This document shows positions 7,962-16,818 of a stretch of DNA of 64,000 nucleotides, piece by piece. The translations under genes and the position numbers were made by a program. The stretch covers positions 2,464 to 66,463 of the forward strand of contig JAGXFR010000060.1 of NCBI GenBank assembly GCA_024637155.1, read 5' to 3'. Source of the DNA: Burkholderiaceae bacterium. Lineage in GTDB: Bacteria > Pseudomonadota > Gammaproteobacteria > Burkholderiales > Burkholderiaceae_E. The notes beneath the pieces are model-generated. The model saw only the letters and a program-made list of their open reading frames with translations. It was not told where the DNA came from and made no database searches. Position 1 is the first letter of the stretch, and every line of letters begins with the position of its first letter.

Positions 7962-9050
7962 ATGTTTCGTGCACTGATCGCCAGCAATACCATCCAGGAC
8001 GCCACCTACGCGATGCTGGCAGCCATTGCCTTCATGCTGGTGCTGCATGTGTCGCTCAAACTCTCCCTCCGTCATCTGGGGCGCATCGCAAGAACCACCG
8101 ATACCGTGATTGACGACTTCTTTGTTGACATCCTGTCAGCGAGGCGAACTTTGCTGTTAGTCGGCACCGGGTTGTACTTGGGCACGCATTCTCTGACGCT
8201 GCCTGCCAATCTGGAAAGATTCGTTGAACGCGCTTTTGTCGCAATCATCATTTTGCAGATTGGCTTTTGGATCAGTCGGGGACTCATTTTTTGGCTGCGA
8301 CACCACTTCTCGCAAGGCGAAAAGGAAGACGAAGGCGCGCGCGCCATGACTTTGTCCTTGCTGTCTTTCGTGGGCCGGTTGGTCTTGTGGGCGCTGATAT
8401 TACTGCTGATGCTCGACAACATGGGAATCAATGTCACCGCATTGGTCACCAGCCTGGGCATTGGCGGCATTGCGGTGGCTTTGGCGATGCAAAATATCCT
8501 GGGCGACCTGTTCGCCGCGCTGTCGATTGGCATCGACAAACCGTTCGTGATTGGCGACTTCATCGTCTTGGATGAAGTGATGGGCAGCGTCGAGCACGTT
8601 GGCCTGAAGACGACCCGCATCCGCAGTCTGGGTGGCGAACAGATCATCTTCTCCAACACGGATCTTCTCAAGAGCCGCATTCGCAACTACAAACGCATGC
8701 AGGAGCGGCGCGCCTTATTCACCATCGGCGTTACTTACGACACGGTGGTGGAGAAGCTTGAACAAATTGGGTCGCTGATTCGAGAAGCCATTGAAGCGCA
8801 AGCGGATGTCCGCCTTGACCGTGTTCATTTCAAGAGTTTTGGTGCGTTTTCACTCGACTTTGAAGCGGCCTATTACGTCTTGAAACCTGATTACAGCTTC
8901 CTCATGGATGTGCAGCAGGCGATCAATCTCCAACTGGTACGCGATTTTGCGCGGCACGGGATCGAGTTTGCCTTTCCAACTCAGACGCTGCACATCAACC
9001 CTGGAGCAGGTGACGCCAGTGTCACGCTGGCGCAAACGGGTTCCGCGTAA
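7962..9050 (+). CDS. MscS-family mechanosensitive ion channel
   Basis: Start taken at MFRALIAS (ATG 7962). Several N-terminal TM helices, then the conserved pore/beta-domain stretch [37 protein letters not shown]. Confidence 0.85.
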   Translation: MFRALIASNTIQDATYAMLAAIAFMLVLHVSLKLSLRHLGRIARTTDTVIDDFFVDILSARRTLLLVGTGLYLGTHSLTLPANLERFVERAFVAIIILQIGFWISRGLIFWLRHHFSQGEKEDEGARAMTLSLLSFVGRLVLWALILLLMLDNMGINVTALVTSLGIGGIAVALAMQNILGDLFAALSIGIDKPFVIGDFIVLDEVMGSVEHVGLKTTRIRSLGGEQIIFSNTDLLKSRIRNYKRMQERRALFTIGVTYDTVVEKLEQIGSLIREAIEAQADVRLDRVHFKSFGAFSLDFEAAYYVLKPDYSFLMDVQQAINLQLVRDFARHGIEFAFPTQTLHINPGAGDASVTLAQTGSA

Positions 9051-9263
9051 CGCGCCGTGACTCTCCCCTCCTGGATGCGCCAGACTTGTTACACTATCTG
9101 ACACACAACGCCGTGTAACACTGGCTGGAAAGCCGCATGAATGCTGGGTTTGGATCGTGGTTGGTGGTCCCCCGTCAGCCACCCCAACATCCCCCCGGGA
9201 ATGCACGCTCCAGCCGGCCCGCAAGGTCCCCTTCGGACCGGCGCCAACCAGGGGTCCACTGCC

Positions 9264-10229
9264 ATGGCCAAGTCGGAACCGGACGCCGCTCCTTCCCCTG
9301 CCGGGAGGCAACACGAGCGGCCTTACAAGGGCGTCTTCCCGGTCGTTCCGACGACCTTCACCGAATCCGGCGAACTGGATCTCGCGAGCCAGAAACGCTG
9401 CGTCGACTTCATGATCGACGCGGGCTCCACGGGGCTGTGCATTCTCGCGAACTTCTCCGAGCAGTTTGCGCTCTCCGATGACGAGCGCGCGACGCTCGCC
9501 CGCGCGATCATGGAACATGTTGCGGGTCGCGTTCCCGTCATCGTCACCACGACGCACTACAGCACCCAGGTCTGCGCCGAGCGTTCGCGGATGGCGCAGC
9601 AGCTGGGCGCTGCGATGGTCATGGTCATGCCGCCGTACCACGGGGCGACGATTCGCGCGACCGAGACCCGGATCCACGAGTTCTACCGCGCGCTGTCCGA
9701 CGCGATCGACATCCCGATCATGATTCAGGACGCGCCGGTGAGCGGCACGCCGCTCCCGGCCGCCTTTCTGGCGCGCATGGCCGCCGAAATCCGGAACGTG
9801 GCGTACTTCAAGATCGAAACGCCCGGCGCGGCCTCCAAGCTGCGCGAACTGATCCGCCTCGGTGGCGACGCGATCGAGGGCCCCTGGGACGGCGAGGAAG
9901 CCATCACGCTGCTCGCCGACCTGGATGCCGGGGCCACCGGCGCCATGACCGGCGGCGGCTACCCGGACGGCATCCGCCAGATCATGGACCCCTATGCCGC
10001 GGGACAGCGGGAAGAGGCGGTAGCCGCGTATGCGCGCTGGCTGCCGCTGATCAACTGCGAGAACCGCCAGGGCGGCATTCTCACGGCCAAGGCGCTGATG
10101 AAGGAGGGCGGCGTCATCGCCTGCGAGGCGCCGCGTCATCCCTTCCCTGCGATGCATCCCGAGGTGCGCAGCGGGTTGATGGAAACGGCCCGGCGGCTCG
10201 ACCCGCTGGTGCTGCGCTGGGGCCGCTGA
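9264..10229 (+). CDS. Dihydrodipicolinate synthase / N-acetylneuraminate lyase family (class I aldolase) protein
   Basis: VVPTTFTESGELDLASQKRCVDFMIDAGSTGLCILANFSEQFALSDDER and YFKIET (Schiff-base Lys region). The start is probably MAKSEPD at 9264 rather than the ORF-track 9141. Not necessarily true DapA. Confidence 0.7.
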   Translation: MAKSEPDAAPSPAGRQHERPYKGVFPVVPTTFTESGELDLASQKRCVDFMIDAGSTGLCILANFSEQFALSDDERATLARAIMEHVAGRVPVIVTTTHYSTQVCAERSRMAQQLGAAMVMVMPPYHGATIRATETRIHEFYRALSDAIDIPIMIQDAPVSGTPLPAAFLARMAAEIRNVAYFKIETPGAASKLRELIRLGGDAIEGPWDGEEAITLLADLDAGATGAMTGGGYPDGIRQIMDPYAAGQREEAVAAYARWLPLINCENRQGGILTAKALMKEGGVIACEAPRHPFPAMHPEVRSGLMETARRLDPLVLRWGR

Positions 10230-10238
10230 GCGCGGAGC

Positions 10239-11111
10239 ATGCACGAGAACCAGGCTTCGGCACTGGAGCGGGTCACGGCGATCGTCGTGACCTTCAACAG
10301 CGCGCACTGCGTGCCGAGCCTGGCGCAATGTTTCGCGTTCTGGCCGCAGGTCGTGGTGGTCGACAACGGCAGCCAGGATGGCACGGCGGCCGAAGTGGGC
10401 AAGTCGATCCCCCAGGCTCGCCTCGTTGCCAACGGGCGCAACCTGGGCTTCGGCGCGGCCAACAACCGGGGGGTGGCGGAGGCGTCGACCGAATTCGTGC
10501 TGCTCGTCAATCCGGACTGCAGCTGCGAAGCCGCGGCGGTGGCGGCGCTGGTCGCGTGCGCCGACCGCCATCCGGACGCGTGCCTGGTCGGCCGGCAACT
10601 CGTCGACGCGGCGGGGCGGGTCGAGACGACCTACGGCTGGGCGCGCACCGGGTGGGCATCGCGGGGCCCCGGGGCCGAAGGCACGGCCTGCGTCGGTTTC
10701 GTCAGCGGCGCGTGCATGCTGATCCGCACCGCGGCCATGCGTCAGATCGGCGGCTTCGATGAATCCTTCTTCTTGTACTACGAAGACGATGACCTGTGCC
10801 TGCGCCTGCAACGCGAATGCGGAGCGCTCGTCGTCGAGCCGGCTGCGCGCGTGATGCACCGCTCGCGACAGTCGGTGCGCGGACCCCGGCGGGCGCACGC
10901 CGAGTTCACGCGCGGCTATCATCACATCCAGTCCAAGTTCCGGTTTCACCGCAAGCACCTGGGCCGCGAGATTCCATCGTGGCGGCGCGCCGTTTACTTC
11001 GGCGGTGCGTCGCTCGAGCTGCTGCTGCGGCTCCTCGTGCTGGATCGCCTGCGCGCGGCGCGGGTCTGCGGCCGGGCGGCGGGCATTCTGCGCTACGCTG
11101 GAGGGCGATGA
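10239..11111 (+). CDS. Glycosyltransferase family 2
   Basis: VTAIVVTFNSAHCV, VVVDNGSQDGT, NLGFGAANNRG and YYEDDDLCLR motifs (rhamnosyltransferase-like GT2). Confidence 0.8.
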   Translation: MHENQASALERVTAIVVTFNSAHCVPSLAQCFAFWPQVVVVDNGSQDGTAAEVGKSIPQARLVANGRNLGFGAANNRGVAEASTEFVLLVNPDCSCEAAAVAALVACADRHPDACLVGRQLVDAAGRVETTYGWARTGWASRGPGAEGTACVGFVSGACMLIRTAAMRQIGGFDESFFLYYEDDDLCLRLQRECGALVVEPAARVMHRSRQSVRGPRRAHAEFTRGYHHIQSKFRFHRKHLGREIPSWRRAVYFGGASLELLLRLLVLDRLRAARVCGRAAGILRYAGGR

Positions 11112-11737
11112 ACTATTATGAGCATGCCCGCACCGAGGTGCTGCCGCACCTGCCTGCGCCCCACGCGGAGCCGATGCGGCTGCTCGAAGTGGGCTGCGGA
11201 GCCGCGGGCACGCTGGCGCGCATCCGCCAGGAGCGCCCGGACGCTTGGCTGGCCGGGGTCGAAATCGTGCCGCTCGAATCGCCGGCCTACGCCACGCTGG
11301 ATCAACTCGAACCCCTGAACATCGAAGAGCAGATGCCGCAGGTGGATCCCGGCTCGCTCGACGTGCTGATGTGCCTGGACGTTCTCGAGCACCTGCGCGA
11401 TCCCGGCGCGGCGCTGCAGCGCCTCGCGCCTCTGCTCAAGCCGCGGGGACGCCTGATCGTGTCGCTGCCGAATATCCAGTACATCAAGGTGAGCGTGCCC
11501 CTGCTGTTCGGGCGCTTCGACTACACCGACGAAGGCGTGTTGGATCGCACGCACCTGCGTTTCTTCACGCGCCGGTCGGCGCTCGGCATGATCTCGGCCA
11601 GCGGCTTCGAGATCGAGCGCGTCGAGCGGCTGCGCATTCGCGATGTGCGCAAGCTCATGCACGTGCTGATCCCGCTGCCCGGCTGGCGTGATCTCTGGAC
11701 CAAGCAGTTCCTGTTCGTGGCCCGGCGTCGGGCCTGA
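11108..11737 (+). CDS. Class I SAM-dependent methyltransferase
   Basis: The start MNYYEHA overlaps the GT2 stop (ATGA). SAM motif I is LLEVGCGAAGT, and DVLMCLDVLEHL is the post-I/II region. Confidence 0.75.
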   Translation: MNYYEHARTEVLPHLPAPHAEPMRLLEVGCGAAGTLARIRQERPDAWLAGVEIVPLESPAYATLDQLEPLNIEEQMPQVDPGSLDVLMCLDVLEHLRDPGAALQRLAPLLKPRGRLIVSLPNIQYIKVSVPLLFGRFDYTDEGVLDRTHLRFFTRRSALGMISASGFEIERVERLRIRDVRKLMHVLIPLPGWRDLWTKQFLFVARRRA

Positions 11738-11793
11738 GTCTCGCGCTTGCCGCGCCCGCGAGTCGACAAGCGCTCGCACTCGTGGCGCGCGCC

Positions 11794-12957
11794 TCACGGC
11801 GAGTCCCAGTCCAGCGGCAATTCCCCCTGATCTTCCCCGGCGTCGGCCGCGTCCTGTCCAGGGCGCTGCAGCGCCCCGGCGCGCACGCCCAGCAGCCGCA
11901 ACCGGCGATCGAGCGGCACCCGGCGCAGGCACGCGGTCGCGGCGCTGCGAATCGCCCCCGCATCGGCGACCGGTGCGGCCAGCGTCAGGTCGCGGGTCAC
12001 GGTGCTGAAGTCGGCGTAGCGCAGCTTGATCCCGACGGTGCGGGCGGCCCAGCCCTTGCGCTGCAGGTCTTCGGCGAGGCGCGTGCACAGCGTCGTGAGG
12101 ATTTCCGTGAGGGCCGCGCGATCGGCGCGTGCGTGCAGATCGCGCTCGAAAGTCGTCTCGCGGCTGACCGACTTCGGGGCGGAACTCGTGATCACCGCGC
12201 GCTGATCGATGCCGTGCGCGACCTCGCCCAGCCAGGCCGCCTGGTTCGCTCCGAAGTGCTCGCGCAGCAGCGTCGTGTCAGCCTGCGCCAACTCGCCGAT
12301 CGTGGTGATGCCAAGCGCCGCAAGTCGCTCGCCCGCCTTCGGTCCGATGCCGTTGATCCGGCGTACGGGCAGCGGCCAGATGCGTCCCGGCAGGTCGGCC
12401 ATCCCGAGAATCGTCAGGCCGTCCGGCTTCTCCAGGTCCGAGCCGATCTTCGCGAGCAGCTTGTTGGGCGCGATGCCGATCGAGCACGACAGCCCTGTCG
12501 CGTCGCGCACCGCAGCCTTGATCCGGCGCGCGAGCGCGAGGGTCTCTTCGGGCAACTCCGAGAGGTCGATGAAAATCTCGTCGATGCCCCGGTTCTCGAT
12601 GCGCGGGGCGATCTTCGCGATCGCCTCCTTGAAGCGCCGCGAATGGTCGCGGTACGCGTCGAAATCCACCGGCAGCAGCACCGCATCGGGCGCCAGCAGC
12701 GCGGCCTTCATGATGCCCATTCCCGAGCTGACGCCGAGTGCGCGCGCCTCGTAGGTGGCGGTCGTCAGCACGCCGCGCCCGGTGTAGTCGCGCAGCCGCG
12801 CGAAGCGCCGCGTGCTGTCGGGCAGCGGCACCGGCTCATGCTCGCGCCGCCCACCGATCGCGACCGGCAAGCCGCGCAATTCCGGGTAGCGCAGCAGTTC
12901 GACCGACGCGTAGAACGCATCCATGTCGACGTGCGCGATGCGGGGGAGGGACGTCAT
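11794..12957 (-). CDS. dinB: DNA polymerase IV
   Basis: IAHVDMDAFYASVELLRYPELRGLPVAIGG at the N-terminus, then SIDEIFIDL-type and IGIAPNKLLAKIGSDLEKPDG motifs. Confidence 0.9.
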   Translation of the reverse strand: MTSLPRIAHVDMDAFYASVELLRYPELRGLPVAIGGRREHEPVPLPDSTRRFARLRDYTGRGVLTTATYEARALGVSSGMGIMKAALLAPDAVLLPVDFDAYRDHSRRFKEAIAKIAPRIENRGIDEIFIDLSELPEETLALARRIKAAVRDATGLSCSIGIAPNKLLAKIGSDLEKPDGLTILGMADLPGRIWPLPVRRINGIGPKAGERLAALGITTIGELAQADTTLLREHFGANQAAWLGEVAHGIDQRAVITSSAPKSVSRETTFERDLHARADRAALTEILTTLCTRLAEDLQRKGWAARTVGIKLRYADFSTVTRDLTLAAPVADAGAIRSAATACLRRVPLDRRLRLLGVRAGALQRPGQDAADAGEDQGELPLDWDSP

Positions 12958-13094
12958 GGTGCCGCGAAGATAACCGATCCGTGCGAAACCGCACGGTGCT
13001 TCATCCTTATTGGCGATACCGGCGCGTGTTGCGTCCGGCTAGGATCGTGTGAACGGCATGGGCAAGAGAGCCCGGACGCCAACGGTGAGGAGCG

Positions 13095-13955
13095 ATGAAC
13101 GAGATTGGCAGCATCGACCGGGCCCTGCCAGCGATGACGGGCACCCAGGCACAGATTTATCTCCGCCACACCCGACCCGAATTCTTCGACGATCGCAATG
13201 GCTATCGGCCGGTGCTTGCGAGGACTTTCTCCGGCGGCAGAACCTACGATGTGCACGAGTTCGAGCACGGGGCATCGGGAGGCACCGAGCGCTTCTTCTT
13301 CGACGTGACGCCCTTCGTCGACCGGGTGCCCAGCCTGCCGGCGCTCGAGCAGCTCGACCTCCCGGGCGAGGTCGAGACGACGCTTTCCGCGCTGCTGCCC
13401 GACATCGAACTGACGCGGATGGGTCTGAACGATATCGTCCGTGCCCGCGAATGGCTCGGCGAGGTGCGCATTGCGTTTCGGCGCACGCCCAGCGAGACGC
13501 TCGCCAAGCACGTTGCCACGTGGGTCCCCGGCAGCGACGAGATCCACGTCGCGCCCCTGCGCAACGGGACCCTGCGTGCCGCTCCGGTTCTCCATGGCTT
13601 TCATTTCTACAAGCTCTTCATCGTGCACCAGGTGATGCATCGCGACCGCGGTTTCGTCGCGGCGAGCACCGAGACCGCGTATCGCGTCGGACAGGTAAGG
13701 CCGGGAGTGGACTGCATGCCCTTCACTCCGCTCGACGCCTACGACTTCGCACGCGACTTCGTCAACCACAACTGCTGGACCCACACGGCCGAAGCTTTCC
13801 TCGACCCCAACGAGGCATTTGCGCTGCGTTTCTCGGCTGCCTACGGCGTGCGCAGCGGTTTGTTCACCAGCGAGGAATTGAAGGCCGCGATCGTCGCGGC
13901 ACGGGTTTCGCCGCGCATCGAGCCGGCCATGCTCGCGGCGGTTTCGCTGGACTAG
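13095..13955 (+). CDS. Hypothetical protein (no family recognised)
   Basis: Of three overlapping long ORFs here, only this frame has a balanced, non-R-rich composition (F, Y, E, D, H well represented). I recognise no motif. Confidence 0.55.
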   Translation: MNEIGSIDRALPAMTGTQAQIYLRHTRPEFFDDRNGYRPVLARTFSGGRTYDVHEFEHGASGGTERFFFDVTPFVDRVPSLPALEQLDLPGEVETTLSALLPDIELTRMGLNDIVRAREWLGEVRIAFRRTPSETLAKHVATWVPGSDEIHVAPLRNGTLRAAPVLHGFHFYKLFIVHQVMHRDRGFVAASTETAYRVGQVRPGVDCMPFTPLDAYDFARDFVNHNCWTHTAEAFLDPNEAFALRFSAAYGVRSGLFTSEELKAAIVAARVSPRIEPAMLAAVSLD

Positions 13956-13996
13956 CAGAACGCTTGGGAATTCACCCCATCGTGGCATACTGAACG

Positions 13997-15763
13997 ATGA
14001 CGGGGTCGTGGTTTGCGCACCGTGCGTCCGATCCCGGTGTGAGGTGCGGAGTCAGCGTGACGACTCGTAAGCGAAAGGTGTCCCTGACGCAGCCCGGCCG
14101 GGAGCGGGATGAGTTGAGTTTGGGCTGGCACTGGGAAACCGACGCCGCGCATTGCTTCACATCGATCACCGACGCGCATGGCACGGTAGCCGGTGTCGGG
14201 TGGATCGGGCGTCATCCGTGGAAGATGCCCGGTGTCACGCAGCCCGAGAATGCCTGGGCCAACCTGCGTCGCCTCATGGCCCGGCATGGCCGCTTTTCCG
14301 AATTCGAGTATGTCGTGCGCCAACCCGGAAAGCCGGACCGCTGGGTCGCGGCGAGTGGCGTGCCCGTGTTCGACGCCGCCGCGGCGTTCACCGGATACCG
14401 GGGCACGGCCCGATTCATCACGGAGCGCAAGCTCATCGAGATTCGGCTCCGCGAGAGCGAGGAACGCTTCCGGCGCCTCACTGCGCTGGCGGCCGACTGG
14501 TACTGGGAATGTGACCCGCAGTGGCGGCTGACTTTTCTCTCGGAATCGTTTCGGGAGCGCACGGGGATCGACCCGGCGTCGCGGATGGGTTTGAGTGTCT
14601 GGGGCGAACGCGAGGAGGACTTCGACCCGGGCGTGCGCACCGAGCTGATGCGCACGGTCCACGCGCGACTCCCGTTCGCGGGTGTCGAATACCTGCGGGT
14701 CTTCCCCGACGGCAGGCGCCTGTGGCGCTCGATGTCCGGCGAGCCGTTCTTCGACCCGTCCGGGATTTTTCTCGGTTACCGGGGTACCGCGCGGGACATC
14801 ACTGCACGTCGGGAGACCGTCGAGCGCCTGCGCGTGAGCGAGGAGCGCTTCCGTCGGCTGAGCGCGATCGCCACCGACTGGTTCTGGGAACTCGACGATG
14901 AACTCCGGGTCCAATACGTTTCGCCGTCGTACTTCGCGGTGACGGGCACCAACCCGGATGCGCTGCTCGGGCAGAAGATGACTGACATCCTCGCGCAGCT
15001 TGGCGACGGTGGCGCGATCCGGGAAATCATCCTCGCCCTCGAAGGCCGCCGTCGCTACCGTGACCGCGAATACGCTGCGCTCGATCCCGACGGTGTACTG
15101 CGCTGGCGCAGCGTCAGCGGCGATCCCGTGTTCGACGCGCAGGGTGTGTTTCAGGGATTTCGCGGCGTCGGGCGGGACACCACCGAGCGCAAGCGCGCCG
15201 AGGAGGAATTGCGCCGCCTGGCGCAGCACGATGCGCTCACCGGGCTCGCCAACCGCACGCTGCTGCGCGACCGTCTCGATCATGCGATCGCCAATGCCCA
15301 GCGCTCGGGCGCGATGCTTGCGGTGATGCTGCTCGATCTGGATCACTTCAAGGCGATCAACGATGGTCTCGGGCACGACATCGGCGATGAATTGCTGATC
15401 GATATTGCCGGGCGCCTGCCGGCGTGCGTGCGCGCGGGGGATACGGTGGGCCGGCTCGGCGGCGACGAGTTCGTGCTGCTCTTCGAGAACGTCGAGAGCG
15501 TCGATTTTGTTGCCGCGGCGGCGGCGCGCGTGCTTGACACGGTGGCCGCGCCCTGCATCGTCAGTTTCGGCAGGCTGGACCCGCACGCGAGCCTCGGGAT
15601 CAGCCTCTATCCGCGCGACGGGGAAGACGCGAACACCTTGCTGCGCCATGCGGACACCGCGATGTACGAAGCGAAGCGCGCCGGGCGCGGGGTGCTGCGT
15701 TTCTTCACCCTGGGTTCGGGCGGAGCCGGACAGCGCGTGCACGGGATGCCGGTTGACGGTTGA
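13997..15763 (+). CDS. Multi-PAS diguanylate cyclase (GGDEF domain with I-site)
   Basis: Repeated PAS units (ERFRRLTALAADWYWECD... and ERFRRLSAIATDWFWELD...). The C-terminal part has HDALTGLANR, LLDLDHFKAINDGLGH and RAGDTVGRLGGDEFVLL (RxxD five residues before GGDEF). Start uncertain. Confidence 0.85.
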   Translation: MTGSWFAHRASDPGVRCGVSVTTRKRKVSLTQPGRERDELSLGWHWETDAAHCFTSITDAHGTVAGVGWIGRHPWKMPGVTQPENAWANLRRLMARHGRFSEFEYVVRQPGKPDRWVAASGVPVFDAAAAFTGYRGTARFITERKLIEIRLRESEERFRRLTALAADWYWECDPQWRLTFLSESFRERTGIDPASRMGLSVWGEREEDFDPGVRTELMRTVHARLPFAGVEYLRVFPDGRRLWRSMSGEPFFDPSGIFLGYRGTARDITARRETVERLRVSEERFRRLSAIATDWFWELDDELRVQYVSPSYFAVTGTNPDALLGQKMTDILAQLGDGGAIREIILALEGRRRYRDREYAALDPDGVLRWRSVSGDPVFDAQGVFQGFRGVGRDTTERKRAEEELRRLAQHDALTGLANRTLLRDRLDHAIANAQRSGAMLAVMLLDLDHFKAINDGLGHDIGDELLIDIAGRLPACVRAGDTVGRLGGDEFVLLFENVESVDFVAAAAARVLDTVAAPCIVSFGRLDPHASLGISLYPRDGEDANTLLRHADTAMYEAKRAGRGVLRFFTLGSGGAGQRVHGMPVDG

Positions 15764-15806
15764 ACGTCGCCGCGCCTGGGGCGGCCAGCGGGTAGAATTC
15801 CCACGC

Positions 15807-16481
15807 ATGAATCAGGACGACCTCAAGCGCGCCGTGGCGCGGGCTGCGGTGGAACTGCTCGTCGATGACGCCGTCGTCGGCGTCGGCAGCGGCTCCACCG
15901 TGGATTTGTTCATCGACGAATTCGTGCGTTCCGGGCGTCGCTTCGCCGGCGCGGTGTCGAGTTCCGAGAACAGCACGAAGCGCCTGCGCGGGCACGGCGC
16001 CGTGGTGCTTGACCTGAACGACGTGGTCGCTTCGGGTCAGCCCATCCCCGTGCACGTCGACGGCGCGGACGAGATCGATCCGGGGCTGCGGATGATCAAG
16101 GGGGGCGGGGGCGCGCTGACCCGCGAGAAAATCGTCGCGGCGGCGGCCGGGCGCTTCGTGTGCATCGTCGATCAGAGCAAGTGCGTGGACGTGCTCGGCA
16201 ACTTCGCGTTGCCCATCGAAGTGATCCCGATGGCGCGCGAACTGGTGTGCCGCGCGCTGCGCGAGATCGGCGCCACGCCGCGGGTGCGAGAAGGCTTCGT
16301 CACCGACAACGGCAACCTGATCGTCCTCGCGGCCGGTCTGTCGATCACCGACCCGGTGGCGCTGGAAACACAGATCAACCAGTGGCCGGGGGTGGTCACC
16401 AACGGGCTGTTCGCGCGTCGGCCCGCGGACCTCGTCCTGGTGGCGACAGCCGACGGAGTGGAAACGCGCCGCGCGCGCTGA
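15807..16481 (+). CDS. rpiA: Ribose-5-phosphate isomerase A
   Basis: Start MNQDDLKRAVARAAV. Motifs VVGVGSGSTV, VDGADEID and KGGGGALTREKIV. Confidence 0.9.
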   Translation: MNQDDLKRAVARAAVELLVDDAVVGVGSGSTVDLFIDEFVRSGRRFAGAVSSSENSTKRLRGHGAVVLDLNDVVASGQPIPVHVDGADEIDPGLRMIKGGGGALTREKIVAAAAGRFVCIVDQSKCVDVLGNFALPIEVIPMARELVCRALREIGATPRVREGFVTDNGNLIVLAAGLSITDPVALETQINQWPGVVTNGLFARRPADLVLVATADGVETRRAR

Positions 16482-16501
16482 GCACGCGCGCGCGTTGCCG
16501 C

Positions 16502-16774
16502 TCAGCTTTTGGGCGGAACGTAACCCATGGGCGTGTCGCCGCCTTCGCCAAAGAAGTGCTTTTCAAGCTGCGTCGCGAGGTACTTGCGCGCCTGCACGTC
16601 GGCGAGGTTGAGCCGATTCTCGTTGACCAGCATCGTCTGCAGCCGCAGCCATCCCTGCCATGCCTCTGCCGAGACGTTTTCGTAGATGCGCCGACCCAGA
16701 TCCCCCGGATAGGGCGGGAAGTCGAGCCCGGGCGCCTCGCGCTGGAGCTTGATGCATTGAACCATTCGTGCCAT
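16502..16774 (-). CDS. yggX: Fe(2+)-trafficking / oxidative damage protection protein YggX
   Basis: 90 aa [43 protein letters not shown]..., the classic YggX sequence. It is the C-terminal part of a longer artefactual ORF. Confidence 0.9.
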   Translation of the reverse strand: MARMVQCIKLQREAPGLDFPPYPGDLGRRIYENVSAEAWQGWLRLQTMLVNENRLNLADVQARKYLATQLEKHFFGEGGDTPMGYVPPKS

Positions 16775-16818
16775 CTGGGTTTCCTTGAAGTGAACCGGGC
16801 GCACGTGCGCCCAAGAGG

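Noticed and set aside
8850-10958. 702-aa minus-strand ORF, together with similar giants at 13952..15808(-), 18221..20815(-), 25373..26512(-), 26367..27818(-), 29934..31367(-), 30191..31885(+), 31695..32909(+), 43938..46406(-), 48488..49894(-), 58817..61399(+) and 60745..62451(+)
   Set aside because: All are extremely R/A/P/G/H-rich with no recognisable motifs. Each lies antisense or out of frame to a gene with clear family signatures. They are the usual stop-codon-poor artefacts of ~70% G+C DNA.
12958-13094. LexA (SOS) box upstream of dinB
   Set aside because: There is no CTGT-N8-ACAG-type palindrome in the gap. The only symmetric element is a CCGTGCG/CGCACGG hairpin, which does not match the beta/gamma-proteobacterial LexA consensus.
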